This document shows, one piece after another, positions 14,733 through 27,097 of a DNA stretch of 64,000 bases. The stretch covers positions 18,751,120 to 18,815,119 of the forward strand of contig JAUZTB010000062.1 of assembly GCA_034780895.1 (NCBI GenBank), written 5' to 3'. Position numbers and translations under genes: made by a program. Every line of letters begins with the position of its first letter. Within the stretch, counting starts at the first letter, position 1. The notes beneath the pieces are model-generated. The model was not told the DNA's origin. It worked only from the letters and a program-made list of their open reading frames with translations, and made no database searches. This DNA comes from Rhynchobatus australiae. Taxonomy: Eukaryota.

Positions 14733-15385
14733 AGACATGAGACACTGCAGATGCTAAAATCTGGAGCAAAAAAACAAACCGCTGGAAGAACTCAGTGGCT
14801 CAAGCAGCAGGACTGAGAGTGTAGATGGAAGATGTCCTGCATATAGAGGCAAGGCAGAGGCTGGTAGATGATAGGTGGAACCAGGTAAGGGAGGGATGAT
14901 GGGCAGATAGAACCAGATGACAGAGGGGGATAGGAAAGGGGAACCAATGGAGAAACCCCGGTAGACAGGTATGTGGGTAATGGACACAAGGAACCAAATG
15001 GGAGAAGGAAATGAGTCCTGGTAACAATGGGAGGGAGGTTAGGAGGAATGTAAAAAGTGAAAGGGAGAAAGAACCTGGGTGGTCTGGGAGAGTGGGAAAG
15101 GAACACAGGGAGACTGGTTTACTTAAAATTGGAACATTCAAATGTTCATACCATTGGGCTGCAGTCTACCCATGCAAATTACAAGTTGTTTTCCTAGTTT
15201 GCATTTAGCCTCACTGTAGCTGAGGAGAAGGCAGAGAACAGACAGATTGGTCTGGGAGTGGGAATAGGAATGGAAGTTGAAATGACATGCAACTGGAAGC
15301 TCAAGATGGCTGTTGTGGACCGAGTGCAGGAGCTCTGCAAAATGGCCGCCTAGTCTCCGTTTGGTCTTGTGGATGTAGAGTGTTG
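14733..15385 (-). mobile_element. Penelope-like element fragment (GIY-YIG endonuclease half plus 3' tail)
   Basis: LYIHKTKRRLGGHFAELLHSV...PVACHFN...GRLQPNGMNI; tail CTGCTTGAGCCACTGAGTTCTTCCAGC. Confidence 0.8.
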
Positions 15386-15404
15386 TTCTTCTGATTGGCA
15401 CTAA

Positions 15405-15910
15405 CCTCAGCATTGATGAGACCACGCCTGGACTATTGTATACAGTTTTGGTCTCGTTACCCAAGAAAGGATGTACTTGCCATTGAGGGGGTGCATGGAA
15501 GATTCGCTAACTAGTTCCAAGGATGGCCTGTTTGGCCTATGAGGAGAAATTGAGTAGACTTGGTCTTTATTTTCTAGCCCTGAGGCAGAGGGAGGTGATC
15601 TAATTGAAATTCTCAAAATTCAACAAGGTAGATGCAGGAAGGATGATTTCTCTGTTTGAGGAGTTTAGAACTGGGGTCAGAATAAGAGGTAGATTTGTAT
15701 AAGGTCAAAAGGGAGGAGAAACTAATTCATTTAGGAGATGTGGATCTTTGGAATTCTCGCAGGAGAAGTCAACATATAGATCCATGGATATTCAGGCACT
15801 AAGGGAAATCAAGATATATAGGGATAACACAGGAAAATGGAACCAAAGTAGAAGATCAGCCAGGAATGGTGAAGCAGTCTTGAAGGGCCAACTCCTACTC
15901 TTAGTTCTTT
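15405..15910 (+). mobile_element. Degenerate CR1-like LINE 3' fragment
   Basis: GACCACGCCTGGACTATTGTATACAGTTTTGGTCTC (RPHLEYCVQFW-like) through a GAAGGGCCAACTCCTACTC tail. Confidence 0.7.
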
Positions 15911-16720
15911 TCTTCTGAATAAATGTAAAACTGATCCAAAGTAGAATATCTTGAGAGTTGGTAGGATTCACAGACTGAAATTGTCCACAAGTTAATTCAA
16001 TAGGAAAGCTCCAGACACAGGCTGTTATAGAATCTACCAGCAATAATCCACAGAAGTTCATAGTTTTAAAATGAAGGCTTTGGATCACATTAAATAAACC
16101 TTGAATTGTGCTTTAGAAGGAATTTAAGATCTACGTTCGTAATTTGGCAACTGGTTATCCTGATATCTGATCCTCTTCACACCTTCCTCTGAACTGCAAA
16201 AGGATGACATCATCACTTATTCCTGAAATTTATGTAACGGGGCCATCTACATCCAAAAGAAGGAGTGCACTAAAAATCAGGGACATTGAAGCCTCTTTTT
16301 GCCTTGCCTCCTAAAAATTGCTTTTAGTGCATCACCCAGCAAGCAGACTAATTATAAGCGACTCTCCAACGGAACCAAGCACTACTATTAGTAGCACATA
16401 TGATACAAATACTCAAGTCTAGATCTAGGAAGCAGACTTAGTTACAAACTACTGTAGAATATAATTAAACCCATTTATTAGAACCATGGGTAAAACAAGA
16501 TTATAGGATACGATTCATAGTATATTTCCACGACTCCTTGGCTGTTTAAAAGACATTTGAAATGCCCGAAACAGACTGCTGAAGCACTAGGTAGACTAAT
16601 GACTTGAACCATCATTCCCTAATCTACAGATGTCGGCAAGCTTTGTTACCACAGAGAAACTGGAACGATGGACAACTTATCTTCACTGTTATTCTAGTTA
16701 AACAATATAAAAGAACCTAC

Positions 16721-16840
16721 CTTTACCACCAGTTACCCGTAGAACATGCTGCTCAAAGGTAGTATCTCTAGAGTTTGCAAAGGACTCATCATTCAGCTGT
16801 GGAAATCGTTGCTGAAGGTAGGCACGCTTCTCTGCGGAGC
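16721..16840 (-). CDS. FASN: FASN exon 30 (ER: [16 protein letters not shown]...[20 protein letters not shown])
   Basis: 120 nt; ACAG| acceptor, G|GTAGG donor. Confidence 0.94.
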
Positions 16841-17636
16841 CTGTGTAGAGCAATTAGGGAACTTATGAGTATTGCCTGATGGATAGGCTCTTTAAAGTAA
16901 TAGACTTAAAGCCCCCAGAAATTTTTACCTGTTTTATTTACATGCAATCTCCATAATCAGAAAAAATGTGTGCCTCCATATTTAAAGTAGAATTATTGAT
17001 ATATTCAATTAATAAGCACAGAGATACATTTATTATAAAAACATTCATCAGCAGGCAATATTAAACACTAGAAACATTTCAACTGATTTTGTTCCCACCT
17101 TCAGTACTGGTAAATCACAAATACAGCAAGCCAACACATTATAATCACACATTCAGACACCATTAAATTGCAATTAGTAAGATCTCTCTTAAGACATGTT
17201 ATGTCATGCTAATGTATGGATGCACTGAGCCAAGGATGCAATTTACATAGCAAATAGAGAGGCTAATTTAATTGAGATCCATAAAATTTTGAGATGTAGA
17301 TTGAGAGTAAACAGGAAGGAATTACTAAATTGGCAGAGGGGTTGCTAACTGGGTGATACAATTAAATCAATTGGTAGAAGGTCTAGAAGAGAATCCAGGG
17401 GGGAAAAAAAGTGAAGAGTAGTGGGTCTGGAACTTAATAGCTGAAAGGGTAGTTGAGGCAGAAACCTTCACATTTAAAAAAGGTACTGGGTGAGATCTGA
17501 AGAACTGTGGTGTACGAGGCTGTCGACCAAGAAGTGAGAACGGAGGAACCTAAATAGTTCCACTTTTGGCTGGCACAGTGAGCCAAATGACTTCTGTGAT
17601 CCACAATTAAAAAAAGAATCATTTTATTTCACTTAC

Positions 17637-17815
17637 CGACTGTGGTAAAGACACGGCATCCCATGCTGAGTGCGATAGAAATGGCAGCCTGTCCAACACC
17701 CCCAGACCCTGAATGGATAAGTACGCTCTCGTTCTTCTTCATTCGACCTCTCACCACTAGTGCGTAGTATGCGGTAGCATAAACAACAGGGACTGAAGCA
17801 GCTTCTTCCAAAGTC
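17637..17815 (-). CDS. FASN: FASN exon 29 (ER NADPH motif [13 protein letters not shown])
   Basis: 179 nt; TTAG| acceptor, G|GTAAG donor. Confidence 0.95.
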
Positions 17816-18549
17816 CTAAACAAAGAGCAATGTCTGAGAAGAATAGCCATGCAAATTTTCCATGCACTAAAAACTATCTATATATAAAAAAAACAGCTCA
17901 ACTGACATCCAGCTATTCTAATGTTTTGAGCACCTCTGGTTAACAATCAGGTCTGCAATTGTACACCTATAGCACAGATAAGATGGCATAAATAGAAATC
18001 ACAATCATGTATGAAAGTGTGGAATTGCCAGAATACATTATGGAATAAATTTCCCAAATGTACTATTGGGTCACATGGACCAGCAAAATCCCTGTTGGTT
18101 TCAGTATCTACAGGATCGGGAAAAAAAAGTTAAAATGAACAGTTCTCTAGGCCAATATTGATTCAATAGCCCTAGCTGCCAAGCATCAGCCTTGTGTGAA
18201 GACAATGATTAGCAGTCTTTCTGAGATCTTGCTTGAAGTAAAAAAAAGAACACCCATTTGTTTGTGTGTGTGCTTAAGGGACTTTGAATGAGGACAAAAT
18301 AGATCTCAGTTATCAGGTATCCAGGTAGCCAGGAGCCATTGGGCCAGCCTCAAACCTAAAAGATAGACACAGAGGGCTGTTGCTGACAAACACAGTAATT
18401 TTCTTTGTCACTGCCTACAAGAAAAACAAATCCAGAAACAGGTACAAATGTTTTTCAACAAGTTCAAGGAAATTCTAATTAGTTATATGCAGCATCTGCA
18501 TCTATCATTTTAAACAGCACACAAAAATGCAGCTCATAAATCTAGGGTG

Positions 18550-18890
18550 ACTGCAGTACTGAGGGTGTGCTTCACTATCAGATGTTGAGAGAGCAAACAG
18601 TGCCTCAGCTCAGGTGGATATAAAAGACCAAGGCACGATTCTAAAGAAAAGGCAGGTAGTTATTCCCACAGCTTGGCTAATATTCATTTCCCAATCAACA
18701 TTTCTAAAACAGGTTATCCAATTATGTTGTTGTTGTTTATGGAATTTCATTCTGTTCCAATTGGCTGGCAAGTTTCCTACATTACCACAGTGACCATAGT
18801 TAAAAATGTGCTCCTGTAGCTGTAAAGTATTTTACAAATTTCTGCAAGAGTTGTGGAAATATCTACATTCTCCAAAGTAAGTCCTTCTCT
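18550..18890 (+). mobile_element. DeuSINE (SacSINE1/AmnSINE-like) remnant
   Basis: Colinear blocks GTACTGAGGG, TCAGGTGGATATAAAAGA, TGGCTAATATT, TAAAACAGGTTATC, AATTGGCTG, TTTCCTACATTACCACAGTGAC, GCTGTAAAG match the Deu domain and tail as I recall them. Confidence 0.7.
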
Positions 18891-19522
18891 TTAATACAAA
18901 AGTGGGACTACTTGCACTACCAATTTGCTGTGTACTTATGTCTTAAGACTAAGTTAACTATAGTGACTGTGACAGGATCCAAACCTCAACCTGAAAGCAA
19001 ACTGCTCAATGGGGCTGTTTTATTAGTTTAGGCCACTAGATGGAGTACATGTGGGGCAAACCACAGGTGACCCTGTCCTCCTATTCCAGCTGACAGAGAC
19101 CAATCCTATGAATAGGAATCATGGTGAATAGAAATAAACTCTAATATTGAACTTTATATAAGAAAAATAAGGAACAGTGGAGATATTTATATTAAGTACT
19201 AATCCAAACACATTTGCTTTGCTACCTGTCACTGCACTATGAAAGTAATTCATGTGATGCAGTGCATTTGAAATAACAAAGATTCAATAAAGAAGCCTCA
19301 TAAATGGTTTTTCTACACACATTTTGCAATTCTAAATGTTTATCTTCAACTCCAATTATTCATTCACTTAGAATTTTGCTTCGCAAGTTTGTACAAATTA
19401 TTCTCTTTGACTTTCTTTTATAAAATGTAGTCATTAAACTACTAGACTCTCTCTCGCTCTCTCACTAAATAGCATGATTTAAAGATCTTAGTGTTTCTTC
19501 AAGAATTGGAATCCATTCATAC

Positions 19523-19673
19523 CAGCTTTCTGGAACTTCCCACAAAAATCGTGTGTCACAGTCTACAAATGTTGACAGTCCCTTAGCAGGGAGCAGTCCC
19601 ATCACTCTCCTATCGCTGGGGTCACGCCCTGAAAATTCCATCCCCAATAGGCAGTGCTGTAGAGCCACATCAC
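19523..19673 (-). CDS. FASN: FASN exon 28 (ER, LGMEFSG)
   Basis: 151 nt; TCAG| acceptor, TG|GTATG donor. Confidence 0.95.
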
Positions 19674-19739
19674 CTGAGAAACAAGACAAAGGAGGGAGAG
19701 AAAAAAAATTGACAATATATTATATTTGCAGATATTAGG

Positions 19740-20500
19740 AGATAGAACAATACAACACAGAAACAGGGCCTTTGGCCCACTATACACCTGCGCCAACCAC
19801 GATGCCAAATTAAACTGATCCAACCACCCTGTCCACGTGCTTGTCTAAATGTCTCTTAAATGTTGCCTTTGTATCTGCTTCCACCACCTCCCTTGGCAGC
19901 ACATTTCAGGCACCTACCTCTCTGTGTGACAAACACTTGCCTTATAAATCTCCTTTAAACTTTCTCCCACTCTCACCTTAAAGCTATGCCCTCTGGTATT
20001 TGACATTTCCACCCTGGGAAGACGACTCTGACTATCGACCCTATGCCTCTCATAATTTTATAAATTTCTATCAGGTCGCCCCTTAGCCAACAAAAAAAAT
20101 CCAAGTTTGTCCAACTTCTCCTTAAAGCCAACACTCTCTAATCCGGGCAACATCCTGGTGAACCTCTTCTGCACCTTCCTCAAAGCCTCCACNNNNNNNN
20201 NNNNNNNNNNNNNNNNNNNNNNNNNNNNNNNNNNNNNNNNNNNNNNNNNNNNNNNNNNNNNNNNNNNNNNNNNNNNNNNNNNNNNNNNNNNNNNNNNGGA
20301 AGTATTCTATATCCCTCCTTTACCAGCTTATCTACTTGTGTTGCCACTTTCAGGGAGCTATGGACTTGCACCTCAAGATCCCTCTGTACATCAATGCTCC
20401 TTAGGGGCCTGTCATTTTACTGTATAAATTCCCTCCCAAAGTGTAATACCTCACTCATCCAGATTAAACTCCATCTTCCTGTATTTCCAACTCTATATCC
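19740..20500 (-). mobile_element. CR1/HER1-like LINE 3' fragment
   Basis: QVHSSLKVATQVDKLVK peptide and the CR1 tail (+ strand ACAACACAGAAACAGGGCCTTTGGCCC). Confidence 0.8.
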
Positions 20501-21178
20501 TGCTATTAATGGAAAATATGCCAAGAGCTCAAGAAATGACTGCATTACTTGAGAGCATGTTCTTTGGGACAAACATTCTTTCAAGATCTGGACCTAAATC
20601 TTCAGGGGCATACTTACACCCAGATACAAGGTAAATTTAAGCCAACTTCCTGTTAGGTTCAGGTGAAATGTTGGTTTAATATTATTCTAATTTTTTGTAA
20701 TTCTCATTTTGATATCAATGGACCAGGCTTAGGTTAACATTATTCCTATATCTTACTCATTTCAATAGTAAATCTTCATGCATAGATCTAGTCCTCAAAA
20801 TACCTAGCCATTTGGTGTAAACAGAGGGCATTACACTTTCCAATGAAGTGCTTTAGTAGCATCCTATGATTTGCTCTGGTAATAATGACAACAAAGCTAT
20901 GATGGTAACCCCAGAGGGAACTACAGCTTGGAATAAAGCAACAGAAATAAAAGTAGTAGTAGGTTCATTTAGTCCAAGAAGCACTTAAAGTTATTGTGGA
21001 AAAATATTTACGCATGCCCCCTCCCTGCTGTTATGTTAAGCATTATATTCCCTATCATACAATTTGCCTTCACCACCACCGCCTTACGGAATGTTTGAGA
21101 AGAGGGGAAATTTAAAGTGCAAGGAGACCGAGCAACGCAATCACTTCAACATTTTACAATTGGAATTCGACAGCTTAC

Positions 21179-21382
21179 CGGGAATAGCATCGGGTGGGAG
21201 TTTGCCAGTTGCCAGCATGATATCACGGAAGTTGAGAGATGCATAATACACCTTGCACAGCTGAATATTAGGATCCTTGGAAGAGAAATGTTGCAGTGGT
21301 GATAAAATCCAACAGAGCGAGGAGAGGTCTCCTCGGGTCAGCACATTCACATAGGCAAACTCTGTCTGTTCTTTATTTTGGT
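21179..21382 (-). CDS. FASN: FASN exon 27 (ER start, SLNFRDIMLATG)
   Basis: 204 nt; GCAG| acceptor, G|GTAAG donor. Confidence 0.95.
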
Positions 21383-22279
21383 CTGCAAAAGGACGAAACA
21401 ACATACAGTACACCAGTTTCTAATTAATTTAGAAATAAAAGTGTAATGCAGGAAGACTGGAGCATGTTTCTTGAAGAACTTGTGATATCATTTATGTTAG
21501 ACATGCCTAGAAAGTGGACACATTTGCCCAAGTCTTGTGTTTAAATCTTACATAAAAGCTGTTTGGTTATACACAACAACAAGGCATGGTGTGCAGCCAC
21601 ACACACTGAAGACAGGCATTCCTCCCCTTTTATACTACTGTACCGCGGCTGCCATGGATAGCATTCTTTAAGGCTATGACCCACTTCCCATGATTCCCAA
21701 CAGCATATATAACCCTCTGATAAAAACTTTTCTTTTTTTTAAAAAAGTAATTTTCCCAATTTTTGGAGGTCTCCAGTTGGACATCAACACTAATGGCAGC
21801 ACCTATTTAACACAGCAAGGACGAAATCTAATAGCCAGATCAGTCTTACAGGAAATTAAATTTTATTTAACCCTCATCTCTTTCCACATCTACTCATCAT
21901 TCCTACAGTCAGAAAGCCTGACAGCAATTTTGCTATTGAAGCTCCTCCAAGAATATAATTGACAGCAATCCAACAACACTGAGGTAATGGATCATCTGTT
22001 TTTCTTTGCATTTGCATTGCATTTTCTATTTATTTTCTCACCCATGCAGTTTTCCTTTCCCAGTACAATACTAACCAACAACATGCCACTGAAGCAAGAC
22101 AGCCCAATTTGAGCTGTTACATTCATGAATAAGTGTCAGGTAAAGGTTCCAGTGACAGTTGTGCCATATCAGGTGCTCCTTTAATGGCAAACTCAGCAAT
22201 AGTCCATTCAAACTATAAAATCGAGTTTAACCTTTATAATAAGATGTGCCACATGTTTTATCATTACCAAGAGCAATAC

Positions 22280-22434
22280 CTTGTTGCACAAAAATGTGTC
22301 GGAAGCTACCCCAGCGTCCATCACGATAAACATTCATCACCAGGTCATTGCCCACAATGGTTTTCATGTCTTTTCCAGAAGGATTCAGTGATGGAACAGA
22401 TGACGAGGAGATTAAATTTGTTACAAATACACAC
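22280..22434 (-). CDS. FASN: FASN exon 26 (pseudo-KR, NVYRDGRWGSFRH)
   Basis: 155 nt; CCAG| acceptor, G|GTATT donor. Confidence 0.94.
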
Positions 22435-22568
22435 CTGGAGATCCGAAAAGTAAACATCTTTTAACATTGTCATCCCTGGAGCTTTATGCTACTGCATTGT
22501 AAAAAAAAATGAAACACCCAAGCTGCTTGTAGTTACAAACACAGCTTAGGTGAACCCAAATTCTAGAA

Positions 22569-22664
22569 AATATTTTAGCATTGAATCTGCAAAAAAAAAT
22601 TTCAAATACTTTCCTTTGATAGGTTGTATTTGAAGTTTTTTTGCAGATTCAATGCTAAAATATT
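22569..22664. repeat. Near-perfect inverted repeat (~38 bp stem, 16 nt loop)
   Basis: AATATTTTAGCATTGAATCTGCAAAAAAA..TTCAAATAC pairs with GTATTTGAA.TTTTTTTGCAGATTCAATGCTAAAATATT. Confidence 0.95.
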
Positions 22665-24720
22665 GCTCAATTTATTGGGAAAACAACTAGGCATGGTGTA
22701 AATGGATGCTTGATTTCACTATTCATCTTAAATGAACTTAGCTGATCAAATATTTACATCAGATATTCTGGAGAAACTCAAGTTTCTGAACATGTGCTGC
22801 CTCAGATTTTGGACTNNNNNNNNNNNNNNNNNNNNNNNNNNNNNNNNNNNNNNNNNNNNNNNNNNNNNNNNNNNNNNNNNNNNNNNNNNNNNNNNNNNNN
22901 NNNNNNNNNNNNNNNNNNNNNNNNNNNNNNNNNNNNNNNNNNNNNNNNNNNNNNNNNNNNNNNNNNNNNNNNNNNNNNNNNNNNNNNNNNNNNNNNNNNN
23001 NNNNNNNNNNNNNNNNNNNNNNNNNNNNNNNNNNNNNNNNNNNNNNNNNNNNNNNNNNNNNNNNNNNNNNNNNNNNNNNNNNNNNNNNNNNNNNNNNNNN
23101 NNNNNNNNNNNNNNNNNNNNNNNNNNNNNNNNNNNNNNNNNNNNNNNNNNNNNNNNNNNNNNNNNNNNNNNNNNNNNNNNNNNNNNNNNNNNNNNNNNNN
23201 NNNNNNNNNNNNNNNNNNNNNNNNNNNNNNNNNNNNNNNNNNNNNNNNNNNNNNNNNNNNNNNNNNNNNNNNNNNNNNNNNNNNNNNNNGTCTACATTTC
23301 AAAAATGCCTTGGATGATGATGAACTGCTCTGGAAACAGTGCTATATAAATGCAAAGTTTCTTTGAAATAATGATCCACTCACTAAACAAGTACTTAGTC
23401 TTGGTAAATGTTCCAATCATTCCTTCCTAGGGTACACCCCACAACCTCTTGCCTTTCCAACATCACTGGTCTCTTGTAGCTAAATAAGTCAACTGTTTTT
23501 TTTTACTTTTATTTGTAGAAGCTGAATGATTCTTGTGACAAAACACCATTCAAAGCACAGAACAATGGTATCATTGAGCCTTTGTCACATGTATTGAACA
23601 GAGGGTGCACTCACACTGTTCTTATATCTCACATCTCTCTAGAACACAGTTCAGTTGTTCTCAGAAAGAAACATTCTAGATTACACCGACTAAATAATCT
23701 GGCAAATAATTCAGCTAAAATATTCAATTTGTAATCACCAAGAGTGTATGGGAAACTCAAAGAATATCTTTTAAATTTAAAAATAAATTGTTAAGTGAAT
23801 ATTGAAATTTATCTAAAGAATAAGCATCCTAACAATGAGAGATATGATAATATAATCTTCAAATTATCAACTATATTTACCATTACAGGCTTTGAATGGT
23901 GCTTGCCAACAATCACAAATAGACAGGTTAAGGGAGCAAACAGATTAGTGCATCCTAACAGTTTGGGGCTGGGCAGCACTGTTGATTAATACAGAACAAC
24001 TTCCTGTTACTCTAGAAATGTTCAAAATCTGGCAGACTGACGATTTCACTTTCCTTCCCACTACTTCAAGCCTTTGTCCACAAAGTGTCCTTGGAGAATC
24101 ACAACCATTGCGCACAGCTCAACATTAAATCTGTATTCTTGCTTAGTCCATAGGATGATCAAGAAGATATGATAACATTGCCATGCAGATCACATTAAGT
24201 TATAGCAGACCACATTTCCTAGATTCTGAAAAGGTTTAACTCATCCTGTACGTCGACATTTTGCTGTTGATACCCAATTGTTTCATTCCAAGGTTTCCTC
24301 AAGATACATAAATGTGCTCCAAAGTAATAAAAGCTGATAAATTTTTTCATCTCCATGATTAGAATGTTTTTTTTACAGAGAATAAAACATCACAGAATTT
24401 TGTGGAGTGGGAAAACAGCTCTTTTGAAAGAAACATTCAAGTCAGTCTTAGACTGCAGCCTTTCCCCACAAAGCCCTGAAAATCAGTCCCAACTGAGTAG
24501 CACTGACTTTTGAAAGCTTTTTTTTTGATTTGTTCGATGAACCCTTCAAGTTTAACTCATTTCAGTTTGGCAAGTCATTTTGTAATGTTATTATTATTAT
24601 CTTTAGCAGGCAGAAAAATACATGTAGAACACACCATGGATTACATTGGCATAAGTGGGCATCAGGGGAACAGTATTAGAGACGAGTTTCCCTCGCCTTT
24701 GATAACGGGTAACAACTCAC

Positions 24721-24839
24721 CGTATTCTATGCCCTTGAGGCTCCTGACGAAGACAATTTACCATCCCAACAATTCCTGAATTGCCACAATTAGAGACAGT
24801 AAGCCAGACAGGCTCCTCTGAAGATTGCTCTAAGATAGT
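24721..24839 (-). CDS. FASN: FASN exon 25 (pseudo-KR, SGIVGMVNCLRQEPQGHRIR)
   Basis: 119 nt; CCAG| acceptor, CG|GTGAG donor. Confidence 0.94.
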
Positions 24840-25639
24840 CTGGAAGATAGTAAACTTTTAAGACCCAATATGTCCCACAGCAGGTAAATTATGACTTCAA
24901 CATTTCTGATACCAGAATGATAATCCTGATGATTTATTCCACTAACCAACAACTTGCATTTATATAAACCACAAAAATATGCAACAGTACTTCAGAGGAA
25001 TGAGCAGGCATAAATGGACCAGGTCAAAATTGTGATAGTGATTGCAAAGTGCATTTTGAATCAGGCTTTACAAAAGATACAGGTAGCAAAAGGAAAGCTT
25101 TTTTTTAGGTAGTGCAGGGGAGAATTTCAAAGCATGGGCTGAGAGTTACTACAAGCTGGGTGCTAATTGTTGGGCAATATTAATTTTGAACTACAATTTT
25201 TTTGTGTTAAATATTTTATGAATCCATATATTGCATGCAAGATGGCTTAAAAGAAAATCTTTAGGATAAATGAGGTACATGCACATCATGATCAAGTTCA
25301 ACTTCTACAAACTGAGCTTTAAATGAAAACCCAACAGAATTCTATTGAAAGAGCTTTGATAGCTCATTTACCAGAAAGATTAAACCTTAGTTTACGGTAC
25401 TGAATAAAGCCAGGCCTCCACCAATATCATGGGTAAAATTAATAGAAAAAAAAGTCATAGAGACTATGAGAACAATGCCCAAGGAAAAAGTTGTCTTCTG
25501 TGGAGAAAAGGGACACGTAGCAGGCAACATAATAGTTCACTACTGTGGTAAATAACCTTCCCCGAGTCACATAAAGAGAGGAAGTTAAATAGTCTACCCA
25601 AGTAATGCTGTGAATTGCCTGTAAGAGTTAAAGCTAAAG

Positions 25640-25965
25640 CTATGATATTTGCAGAAAAATGAGTGGGGGTGGGAGAACAGAAAGGACATTTTGTGAGTGG
25701 AGAGAGATCATAAGGCTGTGATGACATAAGCTGTGATGATGGTGCCAACTGGAAGAGGATGGTAAAAAGTTAGTGAATAAAAAAAATGATCTAATCAAGG
25801 TGGTGCAAGTATGAAAGAAATTCAAAGCTACCAGGAGAGAGAAACTTGAATGCTTGAAGTGAGAGATACAAGGCCAGAATGACCAATTATCTGAAATTGT
25901 TGAATTCAATGTTGAGTCTGGAAGGTGAAAATGTGTCTCATCAGTGGATGAGATACAGTGTTCCT
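25640..25965 (-). mobile_element. Degenerate Penelope-like 3' fragment
   Basis: Minus strand CAGACTCAACATTGAATTCAACAATTTCAGATAA (LNIEFNNFR* ORF end) followed by a pyrimidine-rich tract. Confidence 0.6.
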
Positions 25966-26011
25966 GTGCTGTGATAGTTGGTCACAAAATAATCAGAAGT
26001 ATTTTACTCAC

Positions 26012-26176
26012 TTTCAGAGGCTCAATCCAGCTAAAATCTGTGGAATGGGCCGAGAGGAAAATAGGATTCTTTGGTTCGGTCTTTTTGCGACCCAAAAACA
26101 TGACAGAGCCATAGAAAGATTTCTTCATGCTGATTATGTCCAGTGAGGCCTGGTTGAATACCTCTTCCCACTCACT
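26012..26176 (-). CDS. FASN: FASN exon 24 (SEWEEVF...KKSFYGSVMFLGR...SWIEPLK)
   Basis: 165 nt; TTAG| acceptor, AAA|GTGAG donor. Confidence 0.93.
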
Positions 26177-27097
26177 CTAAAAACAAAAAGCAAAGACCTC
26201 AGTTTACAAAAATGATAAGCTCACCCAAATCAATTACTAAGATTGAAGGACACATTACAAGAGCACACAGTGTTTCATTCTGAGTTTTCAAACTAGCTGT
26301 CCAAGCATGGAGGTTTGCCAAAAGAAATCTAAATATTTCATCCTTTCAAATATAAATTGCTCTTTCTACATTGGAGTCCTAGCTAATTGTTACCTATTAT
26401 ATCTATTAGTGAATTGGGCTTGATGTGCAGTGTTAATTTTACAAGCCACTCAATTCACTCCTAGCCCACGTTTCCTGCTATTTTACAGTATGCTCAAATA
26501 AAATCTCTTCCACAATCCACGTTTCCCTTCACACAGTCCCTTAGTGGAAGTGAGATTATTCGCTCCAACCTGAAAGAGCACCAGTGATTCCATGAACTCA
26601 AGTTTAAAAGGCACTTGAGGAACAATTTGTCATTTTTAGCAATACTGTATCCAAAATAAAATATCTGCTTGTAATCACTGACCAAGGACACTGTTGTGAC
26701 TTTGCTAAAATGACCCTTATCATGGCATCTCAAACATTTGGTTTTGCATTTCACACAGCATCACAAAATATTAAACAAAATTAGTACAGCAAGGCCTCTT
26801 ATCAGTTCATATTAGTAAATTTCAAGATCAAATCAACACATATTCTAATTGAATCTAAATGTATAAACTGAAAAAGAAATGCCAAAATTATCATGCACAG
26901 CATTTTCCAATAAACCACATTAGTAAAAAAAAAATCATAAACACCCAGAATTTTATTTGTACATACAAAAAAAACAGTATTGATGCTCAGTTAGGAGCAC
27001 ATTTCTAGAGACATTACCCATAAGTTCAAACCTTTAGGAGGATATTTGTCTATATAAAAAATAAGTATAGTATTACAAGCCCAAAAAGCAATCATCA

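Noticed and set aside
16955-21902. C/D-box pairs (TGATGA...CTGA) at 16957-17050 and 21840-21901
   Set aside because: No good terminal stem, C'/D' boxes or recognisable guide; expected by chance.
22732-23366. Long ORFs here and at 56049-57142
   Set aside because: They are runs of N.
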